The notes under the pieces are model-generated. The model made no database searches. It was not told the origin of the DNA and saw nothing but the letters and a program-made list of their open reading frames with translations. The position numbers and the translations under genes are program-made. 7,438 nt of DNA from a virus (Monodnaviria; Loebvirae; Hofneiviricota; Faserviricetes; Tubulavirales; Inoviridae), in the IMG/VR virus record IMGVR_UViG_2645727978_000001; one strand, given 5' to 3'. Below are positions 1 through 7,438 of this stretch, one piece after another (position 1 is the stretch's first letter; every line of letters starts with the position of its first letter).

Positions 1-1739
<1,739 letters not shown>

Positions 1740-1743
1740 TTTT

Positions 1744-1917
1744 ATGTCTGTTAATTCGGATTCAGTTTCCACGCAAATTAATGCTATTTGCGTGGGGATA
1801 CCTGATGTGTCGGGGATTTATTCCTCGGCGTTTTTAACGGGATTTTCACTGCCAGTATTTTGTTTTTTTCTTGGCATGATTATTTCCACAATTTGGAGTT
1901 TAATAAGGAGACTTTAA
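1744..1917 (+). CDS. Small hydrophobic protein (57 aa), putative minor coat protein in the gVII/gIX position
   Basis: ATG at 1744 to TAA at 1915-1917; not in the ORF track because it is under 60 aa. The C-terminal half is hydrophobic (LTGFSLPVFCFFLGMIISTIWSLIRRL). It sits between the gV-like and major coat genes, and its stop lies 2 nt before the coat gene ATG. Confidence 0.4.
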   Translation: MSVNSDSVSTQINAICVGIPDVSGIYSSAFLTGFSLPVFCFFLGMIISTIWSLIRRL

Positions 1918-1919
1918 TT

Positions 1920-2168
1920 ATGTTTGCAAAAATGACCAATTTTTTTAAGGGTGTTGATAAGAAAGTTGCAGCTTTATCTTTTTCCGCTGCTTCTGCTCTT
2001 GCTGTATCTCCGTCTTTTGCTGGTACAGTCGATTTTTCATCATTGACTAACAGCATTGATATGTCTTCTGTTTCTGCTGTTATTCTTTCTATCGGTGTTG
2101 CAGGAGTTACAGTTTATCTGACTTTTGCTGGCGTTCGTAAAGTATGGGGAGCCATCAGAAGTATCTGA
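1920..2168 (+). CDS. Major coat protein precursor (gVIII-like), 82 aa
   Basis: RBS AGGAG at 1906-1910, 9 nt upstream of ATG 1920; the track's TTG start at 1860 is less likely. The product has an N-terminal signal peptide ending in SFA, then a roughly 48-aa mature part with an amphipathic N-terminus, a hydrophobic core (VSAVILSIGVAGVTVYLTFAG) and a basic C-terminus (VRKVWGAIRSI), which is the classic inovirus major coat architecture. A strong terminator follows. Confidence 0.8.
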   Translation: MFAKMTNFFKGVDKKVAALSFSAASALAVSPSFAGTVDFSSLTNSIDMSSVSAVILSIGVAGVTVYLTFAGVRKVWGAIRSI

Positions 2169-2182
2169 GTTGTTTTTTATGA

Positions 2183-2210
2183 GGAAGGGCGGATATTCCG
2201 CCCTTTTTTT
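2183..2210 (+). terminator. Rho-independent terminator downstream of the major coat gene
   Basis: GC-rich inverted repeat AGGGCGG / CCGCCCT (2186-2192 and 2198-2204) with a 5-nt loop, followed by a run of seven T (2204-2210). It occupies the same position as the gVIII terminator in Ff phages. Confidence 0.8.
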
Positions 2211-2302
2211 GGATATTTATGTTTGATTTTATTTTTATGATGTTTGGTTCCCTTTGTGGGTTATGTTGCGTCATTGGCTTTAAATCTAATTTGTGAGGTT
2301 TT
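2211..2302 (+). promoter_or_regulatory. AT-rich intergenic region, likely promoter for the 56-aa ORF and gIII
   Basis: A 92-bp AT-rich spacer between the terminator and the next ORF. By analogy with the gIII promoter location in Ff phages a promoter is expected here, but no convincing -35/-10 pair could be assigned by eye. Confidence 0.25.
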
Positions 2303-2473
2303 ATGTCTACTCAAGAATTTAAAGTTAAATTGCCAGAATACACTATCGAGCAGATAGAAAGAATTATTTACAATAAAAATACAACCATTGAAGAATATGT
2401 TGTTTCAGTTATTCTTGAAAAAGCCGATCAGGATTTCCGTCGAATTGTAAAACCATTTAGTTTTTACTGGTGA
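2303..2473 (+). CDS. Hypothetical small protein (56 aa) between the coat gene and gIII
   Basis: ATG 2303 follows GAGG at 2295-2298; TGA at 2471-2473 lies 4 nt before the gIII ATG. The product (MSTQEFKVKLPEYTIEQIERIIYNKNTTIEEYVVSVILEKADQDFRRIVKPFSFYW) is hydrophilic and charged. It is not in the ORF track because it is under 60 aa. Confidence 0.4.
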   Translation: MSTQEFKVKLPEYTIEQIERIIYNKNTTIEEYVVSVILEKADQDFRRIVKPFSFYW

Positions 2474-2477
2474 TGAA

Positions 2478-4019
2478 ATGAGTTTTTTGAAAAATATTTC
2501 TGTGTCGCTATTGTACGTTTTGTTAACAAATCACGCCTGTGCTGAAACAGCGACACTGACTACCACAACATTTTCTTCTGAATTGTCCGGTATTATTAAT
2601 CGCAAATTATCTGCAATGGGGGCCAGCGCCTCATCTATTTCGGCAACGTTATCAGGATATTCACGTGCGGCAGCGTCTTTTGCATCAAATTATGCTGCAT
2701 CTGCCGGGATTTCTGCTTCAGCAATGTCGTGGAGTACTCTGGCTTACGGTCTTGGTGTAACTACAGTCAGTCTTGGAATTTATGCCGCAGGAAAGCCTTT
2801 TGCTGAGGAGGTGGCAAAATTGGTTTTAGATAAAAACGGCTATAACGCGTTTTATTACACTCCAGCCATGAGTGCGGGTGTCAAGGCCTGGCATGGCGGG
2901 TTTGATAATTGCTACGTTACCAGTACTTCGCCGTTTTCTGCTGCTGCGCGGGTTATTCAGTGCTTACCTCCTGAAGAAAAATCCTCGCTTCAGTCGTCTT
3001 ATTATACTCCTCCTAAGAGTGACGTTGATAATGAGTGGTACAGATTCTACTACGCTTATTATTTTCGAGGTTCCTGGTCACAGAGTTCGTTTGTATTCTG
3101 GTCAGTAACGTTAAGTGAGGATTCTGTTTTTTGTGATAACGGTCAGGTTCTGTTTTATTCTGACGGTAATTCTACTTGCGAGGCAGCAACCACTGAAAAT
3201 CCATTCTCATCGTCTCTTCACGTGCCTTCTTTCTCTGGAAATAATCTGGCATCTCAGGATATTGCAGATATTCTTAACGGGCTGACTGAACAATTAGATG
3301 GCCTCTCTGAATATCGCGGGATATCTTCGTTTTTATTGAAATATTCCTCTGCTGACGTAGACAATTATCGTTCTACGGTAGATCTCCGCATCGGTGATTC
3401 TGCAAGTTTTACAGAATCTGGTGTTATTGCTATTCCTCCGACACCAGGTGGTGATACCAGCAATTCTGGAGGTAAATATACCCCTCCTGTTATTGACCCC
3501 GGTTTTAAGCCCGTTGGAGGTACGGGCAGCGGTACGGGTACAGGCAGTGGTACGGGTACAGGCAGTGGTACGGGTACAGGCAGTGGTACGGGTACAGGCA
3601 CTGGAACGGGTACGGGCACTGGAACGGGTACAGGCACTGGAACGGGTAGCGGTACAGGAGCTGGAGTCGGAACAGGTTCTGGCAGTACCACTGTAACAGG
3701 TAATGCTACGGTAAATGTTAACGTGACTGTGTCAAATGACTTTGGCACTGCACCTTCAGTGGATACGCCTGATATTTCATCTCCTGAGCCTTCATCATTC
3801 ATTTCTCCATTGTGGAATATGTGGCCTTCTGCGCGTGATTTTTCACTGACAATTCCACGGGGGCAGTGTCCTGTCTTTACATTCAATATCTGGAATAAAG
3901 ATTATCAACTGGATACTTTTTGTGTGCTGCTTGATACCGATGAAGTCAGGGCTACTTTCAGGGTGATTATGACGCTGATTGGCTCCATGCTTTCATTCTT
4001 TATTGTTCTTCGGTCCTGA
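2478..4019 (+). CDS. Adsorption / minor coat protein (gIII-like), 513 aa
   Basis: N-terminal signal peptide (MSFLKNISVSLLYVLLTNHACA), Cys-containing N-terminal domains, a long Gly-Thr/Gly-Ser linker (GTGSGTGTGSGTGTG...), and a C-terminal hydrophobic anchor (VIMTLIGSMLSFFIVLRS). This is the pIII domain architecture. Confidence 0.8.
   Translation: MSFLKNISVSLLYVLLTNHACAETATLTTTTFSSELSGIINRKLSAMGASASSISATLSGYSRAAASFASNYAASAGISASAMSWSTLAYGLGVTTVSLGIYAAGKPFAEEVAKLVLDKNGYNAFYYTPAMSAGVKAWHGGFDNCYVTSTSPFSAAARVIQCLPPEEKSSLQSSYYTPPKSDVDNEWYRFYYAYYFRGSWSQSSFVFWSVTLSEDSVFCDNGQVLFYSDGNSTCEAATTENPFSSSLHVPSFSGNNLASQDIADILNGLTEQLDGLSEYRGISSFLLKYSSADVDNYRSTVDLRIGDSASFTESGVIAIPPTPGGDTSNSGGKYTPPVIDPGFKPVGGTGSGTGTGSGTGTGSGTGTGSGTGTGTGTGTGTGTGTGTGTGSGTGAGVGTGSGSTTVTGNATVNVNVTVSNDFGTAPSVDTPDISSPEPSSFISPLWNMWPSARDFSLTIPRGQCPVFTFNIWNKDYQLDTFCVLLDTDEVRATFRVIMTLIGSMLSFFIVLRS
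3519..3684 (+). repeat. In-frame tandem 18-bp repeat array encoding the Gly-Thr/Gly-Ser linker of pIII
   Basis: Three perfect copies of GGTACGGGTACAGGCAGT at 3531-3584, flanked by degenerate copies including a GGCACTGGAACGGGTACA sub-family at 3597-3650. The array is in frame with gIII. Confidence 0.9.
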
Positions 4020-4033
4020 TAATCAGGTGGTGA

Positions 4034-4324
<291 letters not shown>

Positions 4325-4335
4325 GAGGGTGATTT

Positions 4336-6650
<2,315 letters not shown>

Positions 6651-6909
6651 TGCCGCAACGCGGCATGTAAGGCGGCATGATGATGTTTCATGTGATGCAG
6701 CTGCCTGACCGCCGAAGCCAGGGAGAAATTACAGAGCAGCAGGAGACAGCGCAACGCGCTTCCTGCCAGGCCGCTTTTAAAGGGCAGCTATCGAGACGAA
6801 CGACGCAAGGCGTGAGTCGTCCATGCATTGATGTGGCCAGTTGATGAAATTGATGGGTTACAGCAATTCTGGTGATGACTGGCCTTCGGTTTTCATCAGT
6901 CCTGATAAC

Positions 6910-6937
6910 AGTGCGCATAATGTATATTATGTTAAAT
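6910..6937. other. dif-like XerC/XerD recombination site (attP or prophage-chromosome junction)
   Basis: AGTGCGCATAA-TGTATA-TTATGTTAAAT matches the E. coli dif core (GGTGCGCATAA TGTATA TTATGTTAAAT) at 27 of 28 positions. The single mismatch is at the outer base of the XerC arm; the central region and the XerD arm are identical. Confidence 0.85.
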
Positions 6938-7150
6938 CATGTCTGAGTGATGCGAAGTGCTTTTCTGGTAGTCGTTATTCGTTCAGGGTTCAAGAACTTA
7001 AGCCTCTCCTCTTTCATAATTGGCCTGTGCATGGAGAAATAGCCTGGTTATTCCCTGCCCCATGCTAAGAGCGCAGTGTCTGTCGCATAGACACTGCATA
7101 CGAAAACACCAGAGGGTGCTGTTACTTATTTAAGGACGGATCAAGCGGGA

Positions 7151-7438
7151 ATGAGTCCACTCCGGTATCAGAAATGGCTACGTCTCAATGAAGTCAGGCG
7201 ACCGATGCTGAATGAACATTACGATGTCACCACAGCAGCCTATGCTGTCGGTTACGAAAGCTATCCCATTTCAGTCGGGAATATTCGCGGATTAGCGTTC
7301 AGGTCGGTAACACCCACGGAGGTAATACATCGTCTGGCACCAGTGGTTACAGTTCTCTTAATTATCGTGGAGCTTACGGTAATACGAATGTCGGTTACAG
7401 TCGGAATGGTGACAGCAGCCAGATTTATTACGGAATGA
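7151..7438 (+). CDS. Hypothetical protein (95 aa) downstream of the dif-like site
   Basis: ORF from ATG 7151 to TGA 7436-7438 with a weak RBS. The stop overlaps an ATG at 7435-7437 in another frame (ATGA), suggesting coupling to a gene that starts at the window edge. The C-terminal half is hydrophobic. Coding status is uncertain. Confidence 0.3.
   Translation: MSPLRYQKWLRLNEVRRPMLNEHYDVTTAAYAVGYESYPISVGNIRGLAFRSVTPTEVIHRLAPVVTVLLIIVELTVIRMSVTVGMVTAARFITE

Noticed and set aside
1860-1919. TTG start at 1860 extending the major coat ORF to 102 aa
   Set aside because: ATG 1920 has a well-spaced AGGAG RBS and yields a standard signal peptide. The extension would overlap the upstream 57-aa ORF and add a non-signal-like N-terminus.
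3519-3684. Regularly spaced short repeats considered as a possible CRISPR array
   Set aside because: The repeats are contiguous 18-bp units with no spacers, are in frame inside gIII, and encode a Gly-rich linker. This is not CRISPR.
3365-3886. Minus-strand 173-aa ORF with PVPVPV repeats
   Set aside because: It is the reverse-complement reading of the gIII Gly-Thr/Gly-Ser tandem repeat. Low-complexity repeats stay open in several frames, so this is an artefact rather than a gene.
6688-6918. 76-aa minus-strand ORF between gIV and the dif-like site
   Set aside because: Cys/Arg-rich, no RBS, and it overlaps the GC-rich hairpin region. More likely non-coding structured DNA.
6841-7068. 75-aa + strand ORF spanning the dif-like site
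   Set aside because: The ORF reads straight through the 28-bp dif core. If 6910-6937 is a recombination junction the ORF would be chimeric; it also has no convincing RBS. Probably spurious, but not excluded.

Overview
The window reads as a near-complete filamentous phage (Inoviridae) genome or prophage, with all genes on the + strand in the canonical order: replication initiator (gII-like), putative ssDNA-binding protein (gV position), a small hydrophobic minor-coat-like ORF, major coat protein (gVIII-like) followed by a strong intrinsic terminator, adsorption protein (gIII-like, with a Gly-Thr/Gly-Ser linker), gVI-like membrane protein, a Zot/pI-like assembly ATPase and a pIV secretin. Immediately downstream of the secretin gene sits a 28-bp site that matches the E. 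coli chromosomal dif XerCD recombination site at 27 of 28 positions, arguing that this is a dif-integrating inovirus of the CTXphi / VGJphi / CUS-1 / Ypfphi type and that 6910-6937 is attP or a prophage-chromosome junction. Three small ORFs outside the conserved core are the most likely novel content: a strongly acidic 65-aa protein translationally coupled to the rep gene, a 56-aa ORF wedged between the coat-gene terminator and gIII, and a 95-aa ORF after the dif-like site that ends in an ATGA overlap with a gene beyond the window. All calls rest on reading the sequence and the supplied ORF track; no database search or computation was run, so protein family assignments are by gene order, size and recognisable motifs only.
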